Positions 1 through 13,148 of a stretch of 55,085 nt of DNA are shown here, one piece after another. The stretch covers positions 1 to 55,085 of the forward strand of contig MQRK01227395.1 of assembly GCA_001938485.1 (NCBI GenBank). The letters are read 5' to 3'. The stretch is from Girardia tigrina (taxonomy: Eukaryota). A model generated the notes under the pieces. It was not told the origin of the DNA. It did no database searches and was given only the letters and a program-made list of their open reading frames with translations. Numbering within the stretch: the first letter of the stretch is position 1; every line of letters starts with the position of its first letter. A program made the translations under genes and the position numbers.

Positions 1-106
1 ATTTGAAGGATTGAATTATACGGTAGACGAAGCATGCCGATATGCAGTGTGTGTGTGTTAGATCTTATTATTGTTATTCTATTACATTTTCAAATATTGA
101 CCCTAT

Positions 107-161
107 TTGGAGAGGCCCCTCCCCCGACCGGGGGGCGCGAGGGGTGGTTGCCACGGCTCTG
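107..161 (-). mobile_element. GC-rich terminus of a probable hAT-type non-autonomous element, cutting off the transposase at 162-450
   Basis: Minus strand begins CAGAGCCGTGGC followed by C/G runs, resembling the hAT-like ends at 10759 and 30428; the other end was not found. Confidence 0.4.
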
Positions 162-450
162 CTTGTACTCCCTTGGAATTATCGTCTGTCCTGATCGTAA
201 ATTTCGCTGATGCCATTCCATCCTTGTCGTCTTCAACGGAACCTAGTCTTTCAAACTTTTCGACGTTCCTGGAATCAAAAATCTATTGAAAATCAAGAAT
301 ATCACTTTTTTACCTTAAAACTGTTGATTTTGAGGGTCCATATGGTCCGAACTTCTTCTTAATCGCTGTCATCGACTTGTTATCGTCGCTTTGGTTCCAG
401 TAATAGGTTTTTACCATACAAATTCGCTCTTCGATTGAATATGTCAACAT
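162..450 (-). pseudogene. N-terminal HTH (DUF4817-like, Tc1/mariner superfamily) of a transposase with a 45-nt intron (269-313); truncated
   Basis: Hand translation after splicing: MLTYSIEERICMVKTYY...GPSKSTVLR/NVEKFERLGSVEDDK...TIRTDDN. The intron GTAAAAAAG...TTCCAG contains an in-frame TAA. Confidence 0.65.
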
Positions 451-914
451 TTTTTAAAAAAATAGAAAGACTTTCTTATCAACCCAATATAGATCACTCA
501 TATAGATCCTCATCAGTTTGAGGATCATCCTTTGCTTTGAACATTATTGTATACTAATTATTTTTATCATCTTCTGGGACACATTTTAAAAATTAATTGT
601 CGTAATTAGTTTTAAAAAAGCAAATTCAAAAATCTAATTTGTTGTATTGATCAGTTTCAAATAAAACTTTTCAGATGTACTCAGAACGCGATGAATCTTA
701 AAGTACAAAATTGTCAAAATATAATTTTACCAACCATGTTTGAAAGGTGCTATCCGTTCTTTTGTATTTACAGTATACCAAGTATATTGTTAATCCTAAT
801 CAATTGTATTTGAACTAAACCAACGCGAACTCAAATTAGTTTTATTGGTAAAGTACAGCACACAAGGTAACAATTAATAATAAAAAAATAAATGATGGAT
901 GAACAATATATAGG

Positions 915-1008
915 TTTTTCATTTCTATTTGGGCTTTTTGCATTTCAATTTGGACCTTTTGCATTTCAATTTGGGCCATGAGGGTTAAAATTTTTTTTGC
1001 ATTTCAAT
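915..1008 (+). repeat. Imperfect tandem ~21-bp repeats (TTTTTGCATTTCAATTTGG[G/A]C), probably subterminal repeats of a DNA transposon
   Basis: About four copies just upstream of the Tc1-like transposase. Confidence 0.55.
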
Positions 1009-1069
1009 ATATACTTTTAATATTTAATATTTCAATTTAAGCTTTTGTCTTTAAAGCAATAAAAATAAA

Positions 1070-1898
1070 TTGATTAAAATTTCATTATACATCAAAAAAA
1101 CTATTTTTAATTTGAATCTACCCAAATGTGTGAGAATTCGCCTTTACTCAAATAATCAGAGTGTTCCAAAAATTGCTTCAAACCTTTCAGCTCCTAAATC
1201 TATGATTAAGAACATTATTAAAAGGTTTGTAGAAACAGGCTCAACTGGTGTTTTGGCTAAGGGTGGTTCGCACAATATTAAATGTTAAGCAGAAATGAAA
1301 ATGCTTATGAAAGAGCTTTTAAATGAGCAATGTACACGTACATTAAAATACCTTCAGGAGAAAATTTTTGAAAGGTTTAATGTACGGTTGTGCTTAAGTG
1401 CAATAAAAGTCAATTTAGACCTCATTAATTTTTCGATAAAGCAAACTTCTCCGATTCCAGAAGCCAGAAATACGGATGAAGTTATTCAAAAAAAGCTATG
1501 ATTATACCTTAGAATTCGATAGATTGACAGGAGAGCACCCAAGGCCAAACTTCATTTTTATCGACGAAGCAGGATTTTGGGTATCTATGCGGCGAAATAA
1601 AGCTTGGTCAGAACGTGGAAGACCTGCAAATGTGGTAGTTCCGACAATTAGATCACGAAACTTTAGTGTATGTGTTGCTTTGTTGTGTCAGTGTATGACT
1701 TCTATAGACCGAGCATTCAGAGCAACGGATTTTAGGGAGTTTGTGGAAGGCTTAATTGTTTTACTGAAAGCGGAACATGAGAATGAGAAGTTTATTTTTA
1801 TGAGTGACAATGCTTCTATCCACAAAGTGAGGAACATTAGAGAATTGGTGGAACCTGCGAGTTTTATTTTACTGTTAGTATTTTTACTCTATTTTTAA
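1070..1898 (+). mobile_element. Degenerate Tc1/IS630-like DDE transposase (stop, frameshift, 3' truncated)
   Basis: HTH 'IIKRFVETGS', 'FIFIDEAGF' (D1), 'FMSDNASIHK' (D2), spread over three ORF pieces; the PELNPIE/E region is missing. Confidence 0.85.
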
Positions 1899-1989
1899 TG
1901 AATTGAATCAATTGTATGTTTTATCAAATTATTAAAATAATTTTCATTAATTTAACTTGCGTGTTATTTCTCAAATAAATCACAAATTC

Positions 1990-2260
1990 TGCGTGATCTA
2001 GTGATTGCGCATTCTTTCAGTTCTAATTGGACATCATGTCCAACCAGAATGTTAACCGCAAGGAGACGATGGATTGCATTAATGGCATTATACTCGTCCA
2101 TTTGAGCCGTTACGTTGGTCTCCTTCATTCCGTGATATGGTTCTAAAAACCCTTAATACCCAAGCTAATCTAGTATACAAATATAAATTTATCAAATGTG
2201 AAACACTATCTCGAGGCTTGATTGCATAAAAAATGCAAAAATAGAGATACGATTCAACTA
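1990..2260 (-). pseudogene. Possible DEDDh 3'-5' exonuclease (REX4/ISG20-like) remnant
   Basis: Hand translation gives 'FYAIKPRDSV' and 'YHGMKETNVTAQMDEYNAINAIHRLLAVNILVGHDVQLELK', resembling the ExoII 'LL...ILVGH...DL' block. Confidence 0.35.
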
Positions 2261-3189
2261 TATTTTCAGTGTCGAAGAAACATTTTGACACATAATGAGA
2301 TGGAAGTCGCTAAGGCATTATTAATAAAGCACTTTAAAGCATACTTAAATGATTAAAGTGAGTTGTCCAATCATAGTAAAGTCATTTTAAAAAATTGATT
2401 GCGTAGGTCAATGTGCCTTGTATATGACTTTTAGTCTAAAATTTGGTCCCAACTGACGATATATTAATGGGGAAACAGGACTTGTTTTTTAAATTAAGGA
2501 AAATTAAAATAACGTCTTTTTTTCTGTATAATTATATATTTCGAAAGATTCTTATATTTTTTGTATTGCCTTGTATACACAAACATGAAGTGCTAATTTT
2601 TCAAACTATTTAATTATTAATGATATATTTTTTCTTTATAACTGGTTTTAAGATAATATGAATCTATATTTAAATAATTTTTTTATTCCTAAAGTATATC
2701 AGTCAGCTAAGATAAGATAGCTAAATATACTCTTCCAAGTTGTTTGCTGGTTTTCTTTTTTTCAGAGAAATTTTTGAAGTTTTACGCAAGTTTTACGGAG
2801 AATTGTTGTAGTGACAATTCAAATTGTAAAGGAAACTCAATTAATGTTCTTAATAAACAGGAAGTAAAAATCATGTCTCTGATGAAAGGTTATTAATTGT
2901 GGTGAGAGCATGGTTAATCTAGCAAACGAATTGCAAATAAAAAAACGACAGTGGCAATGATAGTCAATGTTTGGATATCATTGGGATCACGGATGACCGG
3001 ATCTAAGTTTGTTCGTAGCGGCACGCCAGTCATCGGTCATCGGTGAAGCCAAAATTATTAAAAACACATATGTTGAGTAAAATTTTTAAGGATTTTAATT
3101 TTTTTATATTATTATCGATACTAAAATGGTATGAAAAAAACGCAAAATAGAACAACCTTTTTCTCTGACCCTTTGAACAAATGAAGTAT

Positions 3190-3780
3190 GATGAAATATT
3201 TTTTTGATAATTTAACTGTTCCTTTAGCTAGGATGTACATAAGCATGTCGTAAATGCATATTTATTAACCAAAATAAGTACCATTGGACCCATCACATTT
3301 TTGCCAACGCAAAACAAGTGAATTTATAAGTTTCTGTAAAAAACATTTTTCGTGTTGCTTGCAATATAATCGTTGAAGGTACTTTCGATATTGCTCAGGT
3401 CATTGAAGTATATCACGTGTAGACGAAAGGTCTGGTGATTATGTCGGATGAAATAAATTCTCTAAACATAATTATTTTAATTTCTTTAGAGTTACTTTAG
3501 TAATGTACGGACGAGTATTGTCGTGGAGTATAATGAGACCTTTTATTTTAACCAGTACTGTTTATTGGTCTCGCAGTTTTTGATACAGTTTTTATATATT
3601 TACAGTAATGCTTTCTTGAGGTAAAGGTTTTACCAGTTTTTAAAAATTTGAAATGGAAACCACCACTTGTAGACCATTTAACAGACAACGTAAACTTTTT
3701 GCTGGCCAATTTGGATTAAATATCTCTGTGTCTCCGTTACGGACGTACATATTCACTCCAGCTGTGGAAAACTGGTTTGT
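3190..3780 (-). mobile_element. Highly degenerate mariner transposase remnant
   Basis: 'GLIILHDNTRP' and 'FHPT*SPDLS' (HPPYSPDL) are recognisable on the minus strand. Confidence 0.65.
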
Positions 3781-3799
3781 GGTGCTCACTGAAGGTCCG

Positions 3800-4003
3800 C
3801 CATCAGCGCGGTAAGGCTTGCCCGAATTCAGGACTACTCGACGAGGCGTAAGGAAATTTGAGGGCGGCTCTTGATATCAGCCCTACCAAATGTGATGTGG
3901 CGATAGACTTGACTGAGCTGAAGAAATCACTGGCACAGTATCTGAACAATATACCTGTCATTAAGAAGGTGCCTGGCCTCAAAGATCCTGAGATCAAAAT
4001 CAA
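3800..4003 (+). mobile_element. Possible 3' end remnant of a non-LTR retrotransposon ORF2
   Basis: GC-richer block reading 'DLTELKKSLAQYLNNIP', like the FKxxLDxYLxxIP C-terminus of LINE RTs. Confidence 0.3.
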
Positions 4004-4265
4004 ATGTTCTATTTCACATTTCTTACTTTAAAATATGTATAAAATGTTCACAGCAACTAACTTATACAGAACTATATTATGTTACTTATAAGTAATATGA
4101 GCAATAATGGTAATGAAATTATGAAATATTGAGAGAAATATAACTATTCTTATTATTTTATTTATTTGAAAATTATTTTTGTAGAAACTACTTTCTTTTT
4201 AAGATGAATATAAAGAAAAAAGATTATATTTAAAATTTTTAAAAAAATATTTTAAGATTATAATA

Positions 4266-5516
4266 TTAGGTTGGGGAAAAAGAAATCCATTATTTTGGCG
4301 AGAAATTCAAAACTTTATAAAACATGTTTCGGATTGTCCTCTTGGAGTCAAATATGTACCGTTTTGTTGTATAATTAGTTGCCATTTTGAAGGTAGCTTC
4401 ATAATGCCTCTTTCGTAGAAGTCTTGGTCATCATTGGCGAAAAACTGTAGTAATCGATTTTCACAATCTTCTATTGATTCCAATTTCTTATCACTCAGGA
4501 AATTTTGAAATGCGAGAAAAAGGTGATAATCGCTTGGTGCCAGGGCCGGACTATATGGTGCATGCATTAAAACTTCCCAACCCAGCTCCTTGAGCTTCTG
4601 GCGAGTCACTACAGACGTATTTGGTCTGGCGTTGTCGTGATAGAACACAACACCTCTTCTGTTGGTCAATTTTTGTCATTTCTCATCAGTTGCTATCTTC
4701 AAACGGTTCAGTTTTTGACAGTGCAGATCTGAATTTAGTGTTTTGCCATACGGAAGCAACTCAATAAATGATTCCTTTCCAGTCCCACCAAATACACAGT
4801 AGAACCTTCCTGGCCGTTAGTCCTGGTTTGGCAACCATTTGAGGTGCTTCACCGTGCTTTGACCACGATCGTTTTTGTACAATATTGTCGTATGTGACCC
4901 ATTTCTCATCTCCAGTAACCATCCGTTTAAGAAATGGGTTGATTTCATTTCGTTTGGCCAAGGCTTCGCAGATGGAAATTCGATCCATCATGTTTTTTGG
5001 TGTTAATTGGTGTGGAACCAAAACATCAAGTTTCTTTTTGAATCCTGCTTTGCCCAAATGGTTTAAAACTGTTTTGTGGTCGATCTTCAGCTCCAGTGGG
5101 ACGACTACTAACATGCCGGTCAACTTCGATCATTGCCGAGATTTTATCGACATTTTCAACGATAGGCCTGCCTGTGCGAGGTGCATCTTTAACATCAAAA
5201 ATGCCTCCACGGAATCGACGAAACTAAAATTGCGTGTAATTAGCTGTTACAGTATTGGCACCATAAACACCATTCACAATAACAGCCGCCTGGTTTGCAT
5301 TTTCGTCTTTATGGAATAAAAACTGTAAAATGTACCGATTTTTTTCTTTGATGACTTCTATTTTTAACACCCTGTAACTCAGAACAGAATAAAAAAAAGC
5401 AAAATATTTTTTGTGAAATTACTGTAAAATGTTACCTTGACGAAGAGCATAAATTTGAAATTTTTTGATCGATAAATAATGGATTAAAATAATGGATTAA
5501 TTTTTCCTCAACCTAA
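4266..5516 (-). mobile_element. Full-length (1251 bp) mariner element, mellifera-subfamily-like, inactive transposase
   Basis: ~30-bp imperfect TIRs (TTAGGTTG[G/A]GGAAAAA...ATCCATTATTTT); TA at 4264-65 and 5517-18; motifs VPHQL, TGDEKW, HDNARP, YSPALAPSDY; frameshifts and stops. Confidence 0.95.
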
Positions 5517-5593
5517 TATTTCGGAATAAATCCTTACTTCTGCTTTTAATTCAAAATTTATTTTAATCAATTCTTAAAAATATTATTTGACAT

Positions 5594-5597
<4 letters not shown>

Positions 5598-5645
<48 letters not shown>

Positions 5646-5722
5646 TAATTTATTAAATATATANNNNNNNNNNNNNNNNNNNNNNNNNNNNNNNNNNNNN
5701 NNNNNNNNNNNNNATATATATA
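5598..5722. repeat. (TA)n microsatellite spanning an assembly gap
   Basis: Seen directly. Confidence 0.9.
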
Positions 5723-6599
5723 TAATATTTAATTTATTAAATATATAAAATCTAAAATCTCGAAAACTGCTCATTGTCTTGGGGCACTTCTTTCAATCAA
5801 TTGAAACTTTAGCAAAAATATATGATTTATTAAATCAAATCAATTAGAAATGATAGCATGTCACAGTGCTCTATTGATTTTAGGACCCAACCAGATAAAT
5901 AAAATTTAATGAATTATTAATATTTATTTTTCATATAAAACTATCATTCAAAAAAGTCATAAATCGATACGTGGAAAGTTTGCTTTAAAAAAAGCAACAA
6001 AAATTCAATAATTACTAAAAAAATACTTTCTGCTTTTAATTTTTTCAAATTTAATTTAAAGCAAATGTTTTTGAGAACTGTGCCAAATTAAAAAAAATAT
6101 ATATTTAATTTGGAATATATTATATTTTTCTGTATATTTAGTTTTTATTTTATATTATTCAACACTTATTTAATGTATTAATAATCTGGATGATTTTTAT
6201 ATTATAATTAGAAAAAATAAGTTTATATCTCAATTTAAAATTTATTATTATTAAAATTTATTATTATTATTCTTAATATTATTATTATTGTTATAATTTA
6301 GTTATTTAAAAGACAGAGTTCTTTTCAGAGATGTATCAATAAAAAAGATCCGTTATTAACGGCTGCGACATGATTTTAGAACTTTCTGATTTTTTAAAAT
6401 ATTGCCAAATTTTCAACGATTAAAACAATTGTATATTTTATGAATTGTTAAAATAATTATAAAATTCATGATAATAGTTAGTTGCATTGACATTATCTTT
6501 AATGATGGTTGATTCAGAATTACAAATCGAAATTCCAAACAACTAAAATTACTATTTATATGGAGAATTTAAAATTTTAATTCACTCCTTATATCCCAC

Positions 6600-6990
6600 T
6601 TTTAAAAGAATTTTCGCAATTTTTACACGTTTCGATCCAAAATTCTTCCAGTTTCATGTCTTAGTGTTCTGCTACGCATTTTCTCTATCCTTCATGCTAT
6701 CATTTATATTTATCTTTACTCTTAATCATTGTTTCTACCTTGACATTACTTCATCTCCGATTTCGAGATTTCTTCTGGTTGTTGTTTTTTCCATAACTTG
6801 CTGTTGCTCAACTTGATATATCGATTATACCATCTTTCTCTGTATATATTCTTTCTGAACATGGTTTATGACGAGCTTTTACCTATTGTTTTCTGAAAAG
6901 TAGGATTTAAGGTAAACTCTATCTCTGGTAACAATTCCACCCAGTATGATCTTCATTTCGTAAGTAAGGAGTATTTAAATATTCTGTTAT
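6600..6990 (-). mobile_element. Ty3/gypsy integrase C-terminal remnant
   Basis: 'WVELLPEIEFTLNPTFQKTIG' and 'LEIGDEVM'; homologous to 'WVDLLPEVEFSINAAKQKIIG' near 51850. Confidence 0.7.
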
Positions 6991-8243
6991 TGCCCAAAAC
7001 TATTGAGTATCAAACTTAAAATGATATAATAAACAATTATAAATCAAATTAATCCTTTTAGATATTTATAAAAAAATATTATTGGTCTATACAATTCTTA
7101 ATATATTATATTTTATGGTTCAAAAGACTTTAAATTAGAATGAAAATATAAATAATGTAACATCTTTTACTTTTTTTATAAGAATCTTTTGTTTCCTTGT
7201 GTTAAAGAATATAAAATAAAATATCGTACAATAATTAATTCGCTCTTTAATTTTCGAACAAATAAGTTTTGGTACCAATGCTTCAGTTCCCATCTCTTCC
7301 TTTTTTCTTTGTCACATTATTAGTAGAGGATGGTACACTTTTTGAGGGATTCCTGGTTAATGGATTTATGTTTGACCAAAGACTTCCTCTCCTTCAACTT
7401 TATGTTCAAATGGAAATTGCCCTATGACTGATATTAGATAGTGATTAAACTCTTTGTTGTTACATTAGAGATTCGCTTTGTGTTAAAGTTATAAAACAAA
7501 TAATTTTGTGATTATCAAGTTTGATATTTTGCAAAAAGATTATTATTAGTTTGTTTAATGAATGAATTAAGATAAAAAAATTATTACTGGATCTACTTGA
7601 TAAATAGAAATCTTCCCAGGCTCTTCTTATGACTTCTTCGTCCTTTCTTTACCACGAAATTTTGTTTTGTGCATAAATAATATAAATAAATAAATGAAAA
7701 AATGACTCAATATTTTGAAATTGTTTATAAAATTAAAGGATAAATTGAGTGAGACTTTGAATATTTCTTTCGATTTTCTGCAAAATGGTCTTTCTTAAAG
7801 TATTGATAATGGATAATGTTACAAAATTAAGTTTTGGTGATCATATTATAATTTTTAATTTCACTATCGAAAATTTTTTTTGAAATTTTAATAAATATTG
7901 CAAATTTATTTTAACTATTAATGTAATTTATTCGTGTATTTTTCGTAATTATTGTGATGTTCAAAAAAATAATAGATAGTTTTTTTAATACAAAATTTTT
8001 AACAAAAATAAATAATTATATAAAACAAAAAATCAGAGTTTAAAATCAAATAACAAATTACATTAAATAAAGTCGATATATTTAATATAGAAATAATCAG
8101 TTAAAGTTTTTAACAAAAAAATTTAAATAAATAATAAACAAAATAAAATTTATTGATAAAACGAAGTCCGGATGAAAATCTTCTTTTAATAACAACACTC
8201 ATCCATTTAAAAATATATATAAAAAATAAAGTGTTAATAAACT

Positions 8244-8330
8244 AAGTTCGTTGTTAAATAAGAATGGCTATTCTAAATCTTTTCTAGAAAAATTAATAAA
8301 GGAAACAGTAGATAAAATACTTTTGAAAGA
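8244..8330 (+). mobile_element. Short Penelope-like RT thumb remnant
   Basis: 'SSLLNKNGYSKSFLEKLIKETVDKIL' matches 'SKLLNNNGYSKSIIDRVTRETVDII' near 29800. Confidence 0.6.
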
Positions 8331-8784
8331 TTTTTAAATATTGTTTTTAATAAACATTATTAAAAAATATTGTTTTTTGTTGAAAGATTTATAATAATTT
8401 ATCAAAATTAAAATATATAAAATCTATTTATAAATTATATTTTAATAAAATATTTCCATTTTATTTTAAAAAATATGTAAACAAAATTATTCGAGTAAAA
8501 AAACAATTAATATTTTGTTTTTTTAGTTTCTAATAATTTATTATATCCATAAAAATACAAAATAAATATGTTAATAATATCATTTTTAATTTTTCGTCTC
8601 GACATAAAAATCATTTTCTTTATTAATCTCTTTATTAATACTATTTTAAGGAAGAGAAATAATTTATTATTTAAAAATGTTATATAATTTAATTATTAAA
8701 TTAAGTTTTCCTCGTAAAACAGTTAGATTAATTTATTTTACATGAAGAATAATTTAATATTTAAGGAACTATTTTTTTATATTA

Positions 8785-9011
8785 TTAGGTATATAACTTA
8801 GTTTTTTGGATTTTTTTGAGGAACAGACAAGTTTATTTATATGACATAATAAGTTTTATTCTAATCAAAATATTTTCCGTCAATGATCTACTTAATTTTA
8901 ATACCTCGATTTCAGCCCTTTAAAAATCTGTACGTACGACTGTAAAATAATGCTTATTACAAAGGTTACACCATCTCTTAGAAAATCCAAAAAACTAAGT
9001 TATACACCTAA
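8785..9011. mobile_element. Mariner-type MITE (227 bp)
   Basis: ~30-bp TIRs TTAGGT[A/G]TATAACTTAGTTTTTTGGATTTT, flanked by TA on both sides. Confidence 0.85.
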
Positions 9012-10758
9012 TAATATACATTTTATTTTATGAGAATTAACTTTTTTAAGTAACGGCAATAAAATGGGAATTAAATCGTATAAACTTCCTCGAATGATGA
9101 GCAAACAAACAGTCGTCCCTTCATCCTTCTGTTTTCGTGAGATCTTTCTTTGTTCCTTTTCTTCAAAACCCCGTGATGATTGTCAGGACAAATGTCCATG
9201 AAATCTTCAAAAGCGTCAATAATATTTGCGATTTTTTATTTCATAAAAATAGATTACAATTAATAACAAAAAGTGACAATGGATTTTATTTATTAGAGAA
9301 GATATAGCTGAATTTAAAACTTCGTTCACAATCACAACACTTTAGAAACACTAAACAGTAATACAAATTTTATTAATATATATTGTAGCATAAGATTCTC
9401 ACACTTTTGAAATCATCTGATCATCTTGTGTCATAACTGACAACTTGTCTGTACCTCTCTAGAGCAGAAATTTTGGTTTGACCGAACATTTGTCAGTTTA
9501 AAGGAAAGTATATAAATAAAATAAATATATAATTAATAAAATAACTAATTTAAATAATTAAAAGTTAAATAAAATTTAATTAAATTAACATAAAATATTA
9601 AATAAATTAATTATTTAAATTAAAATAAATAATTCAAAAACCATCACTTTCATATGATTTCGTGATGGTGTATGTGTGTTTGATGTTTTGGATTTCGAAG
9701 GTGGTTCAATTCATTATTAATTCAAATGTAAATAATTGTTATCAGTCGTGATTTGGAGTCATGTGATTTCTTTATTATATATTCCTTTGTTTAAATGGAT
9801 ATCACGTTATCTTCTTTGTTGTTTGTGTATCTGAATGAACCAATAACATTTGAAATGTGTTTGGTGTGCCTGTGTGTGTATCCATATGGGGAGATGTGTT
9901 TATGTCGTCATAAATAAAACAAATTAAAAAAATTGAATTTATGTGAACGTGACATTATCTTAATCGATCGAATTTGTAAATCAAAATAAATAATTTGAGT
10001 TTTTGTCAATTATAAAAATTTGAATAAAATTTTCCAAAAAGAAAAGAGAATAATTACAAAAAAATATAAATCAACAATTTTAGATATTTCGAAAATTAAA
10101 TAATGGAAATTTAAAATTATTCTAATTAATTGGAAACGAAGGAATATTTATTGGTTTTGAATAAATCTGTCAAAACTTAATTGAATAATGAAAATCATCT
10201 TACTCTCATTTGACAAAAGAACTATCGATTTCGAATGGGAAAATGTTTAGTATGGAGACACGGCTTCCGCTCCATCTCTGTTCATTCCTTTCAAGAGATA
10301 TGTTCTCTTTTATATCATATGTACCTACTTGAATATTGTGTAAAATTTATATACTGGCGTATGTATGTCATACAATGTGCTTTTGTAATTTTTATTATTT
10401 TATTCTATGCTTTTTGTTAAAAGAAAGAATTCAAGAAGGAAGAAAATTGATAATGAGAAAGATTAAAAACAGAAAGAAATAGAGTGAAAGACGCCGGTTT
10501 AATTTTCCCCCATCCGCTAAATTTACTAAATTATAATAACAAATTAACATTTTTAAATTTACGAATGAATAGATTATTTCACAAATTTTGCATAGCAGTA
10601 TTAAAATCTAATTGATGAAATCGCGTAGCAATATTATATAAAGACATCTCAGAATTATCTCACGAAAACTATTGATACTCAGCGAAACGAAAAGAACTCT
10701 AATCAAAATTTCTTAAACATCGCTGTTTTGTTTACTCTATCATATTCTCACATATAAT

Positions 10759-10829
10759 CAGTAGCGTACATAAGGGGGGCAGGGGGCTGTGCCCTACCCC
10801 AGAGACTTCCAAAAATATTTTTTTAGTCT

Positions 10830-10830
<1 letters not shown>
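10759..10830 (+). mobile_element. Left end of a hAT-like element, same family as 30428-30875
   Basis: CAGTAGCGT[A/G]CAT, G/C runs, then GAGACTTCCAAAAATATTTTTTTAGTCTA, shared with 30428-30503. Confidence 0.7.
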
Positions 10831-10831
<1 letters not shown>

Positions 10832-10864
<33 letters not shown>

Positions 10865-10986
10865 TTAAAAAAAATTATTAACTTTTTTAATAAATCTGGA
10901 ATATTTCTCACTTTTGTGTTCCTTTTTTGATACTTCGTCTACATTGTTCTAAACACTTCTTAAGCAATATGTAAGCTACATTTCCC

Positions 10987-11061
<75 letters not shown>

Positions 11062-11111
11062 NNNNNNNNNNNNNNNNNNNNNNNNNNNNNNNNNNNNNNN
11101 NNNNNNNNNNN

Positions 11112-11146
<35 letters not shown>
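10832..11146. repeat. Two (TA)n microsatellites (10832-10860; 10990-11146 with gap)
   Basis: Seen directly. Confidence 0.9.
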
Positions 11147-11148
<2 letters not shown>

Positions 11149-12299
11149 TTTAATATTTTTATTCAGCATTTTTATTAATGTACATTAATTTACATATTTG
11201 ACAAAAGTATTTCTCTATTTATTGATTTTTATATGATTACATATCGAAATACCTAAATACATATTTATTACGTTATTAGTTTTATAAAATTCTACATTAA
11301 AAAAGATATTTTAGACAAAAGTTATAATGATACAAAATATTCGATACGACAAAAATATAACAAATATTAGGACAAAACAGTACTTTAAAAATATTTTAAG
11401 TCACAAGCAAGAGTGATGTAGGGTGGCGAATGTTGTGAATGTCTCCTCAAACTTCGCCATAGGAAACGCAAACTTTGATCAAAGATTTATTTTATATTAT
11501 ATTTGAGCACATATTTCGATAGGAAAAGCAATTTTTGATGTTTTACAATCCATAGAGAAATTGCTGAGAGTTTCCGATTCCAAAAGCGTTCTTTTTATTA
11601 TTAAAAAAAATTTGCTTTTATTAATCTTTTTTGTAATTAATTAATTTTTTTTAATTTAAATCAAACTTTGATTTTTAATTAATTATTTTAATTGTTAGTG
11701 CAATTTCAAAATCTTTTATTGTAATCGGTGTAAAGAACTTTTGCAAATTTTTATTAAAATAAAGGAGAAAATTTTGTGTTTGAATTTCAGAATTTGAAAA
11801 AAATAGTTTGGCCTCGAAAAGAGTAACTAAATATTTAATAAATAAAAGTTTTTAAGCCCTTGAACACCAGTTTGTGTTGATTAAATATTTTGATCACTAC
11901 CACGTTTTCAGATGCCTTGAAAAATGCCTTTCCGTAATTAGATGAAAAAAGGCTTCTTCCTTGCAGAAGTTGTTTTGATGTTGATAATGTAGATTTGTTA
12001 TTCGAAAAGCGAAGACGTTAAGCTTTGATTTGTTGCATGAATGGCGGTGGGCATTCGTATTTCTAATCATCTTCATCACTCTCTACAGCTTTGTTGATTA
12101 AACTAAACTGCTGGAATGTTCATGGCATTTTAAAATTAATTTACAGTTTTAATATGAGTAACACTTAATAACAGGCAATAAGTGTGAGATACTTTCAGTA
12201 AAGATAAGCTTACAGCTATTTGAGACTAATCTTAACTGACCTATGCAAAAAATAATAGCATATTACAACAATGATGCATCAAACATTTAATACGAGAAT

Positions 12300-12480
12300 G
12301 AGAGTGATGCGTTCCAATATATTTTGGATGAAAGATAAATTTATTGAGTTTTATTTAAAAATATATGACACATAATTTTACTGAAGCTATCCATAGAAAA
12401 GTAAGTAGAGAATTCGAAGTATATCATCTATTTGTTTTGAAGTTTATAGATGAATTACGAATGATTAAGGAACAATTGAT
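12300..12480 (+). mobile_element. MULE/Mutator transposase C-terminal remnant
   Basis: 'THNFTEAIHRKV...HLFVLKFIDELR' resembles TNNxxE.WH...HP.IWKFI..L. Confidence 0.5.
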
Positions 12481-13148
12481 CAATTTATTCGGGGAGATCA
12501 GAATATTCCAAAATGGAAAAAGAGAGGAACTCTTGCTTCGACCAGTACCGGAAGCCCCAAGATACGATCTCGCCTCTATGATCCCAACAATCAGGGAATC
12601 GAGCCAACTGCGATCCAGGCCTGGTCAGACAGATGGAGGTCACAAGCAAGCTTATCGGGATTTTGGCCGGCGCATCCCGATACCGTGGTGCCTGCTCTCT
12701 GCGTATCACAGTCGAGTCACTTCAAGATCATTGTAACAAACGCTTAGAACGCCTTGGGAAAACGAGAATCAGAACAACTCCGTGTTTCGACTGATGGTCA
12801 ACCAGTTCAACTCTTGAGACACAAATTGTTATTATTTATTATTAATTAACAGTTTGTTTAATGTAATGTAAAATATTATTAATATTATTATTATATTATA
12901 TATTTAATCAGAAAATGACTTGCAATTAATTTACTTTTTATGATTATTAATTCAAGAAGAGAAATATAAAATTGTTTAAATGTGTGCATAATACAATTAT
13001 TATTATTGATTATCTCAATTATTATTTTTATCAATGACTTCCAATGTTGATGTAACTAACACTCTGTACACCGTAATTCAAAATAATTATAATATTATAA
13101 TTATAAAACAAAAAATATCCATTTTTCCAAACATTTATTTTTATTTTG

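Noticed and set aside
465-530. CUGAUGA on the minus strand with a nearby GAAA and a GATCCTCA hairpin, as a hammerhead
   Set aside because: Stem II does not close onto GAAA and there is no valid stem I/III.
915-1008. Short repeats as a CRISPR array or piggyBac end
   Set aside because: No unique spacers and a eukaryotic context; the repeat continues past GGG|TTAA and no partner end was found.
4885-5319. 144-aa plus-strand ORF, and similar antisense ORFs in the BEL and gag regions
   Set aside because: Shadow ORFs on the opposite strand of TE coding sequence.
5583-5774. 'YIYIYI' ORFs here and at 10960 and 48876, and sequence duplicated across the gap
   Set aside because: Translations of (TA)n and N runs; the duplication is likely a scaffolding artefact.
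9660-10420. TG-rich blocks loosely similar to 20450-20660
   Set aside because: Low-complexity similarity; no consistent frame or motif.
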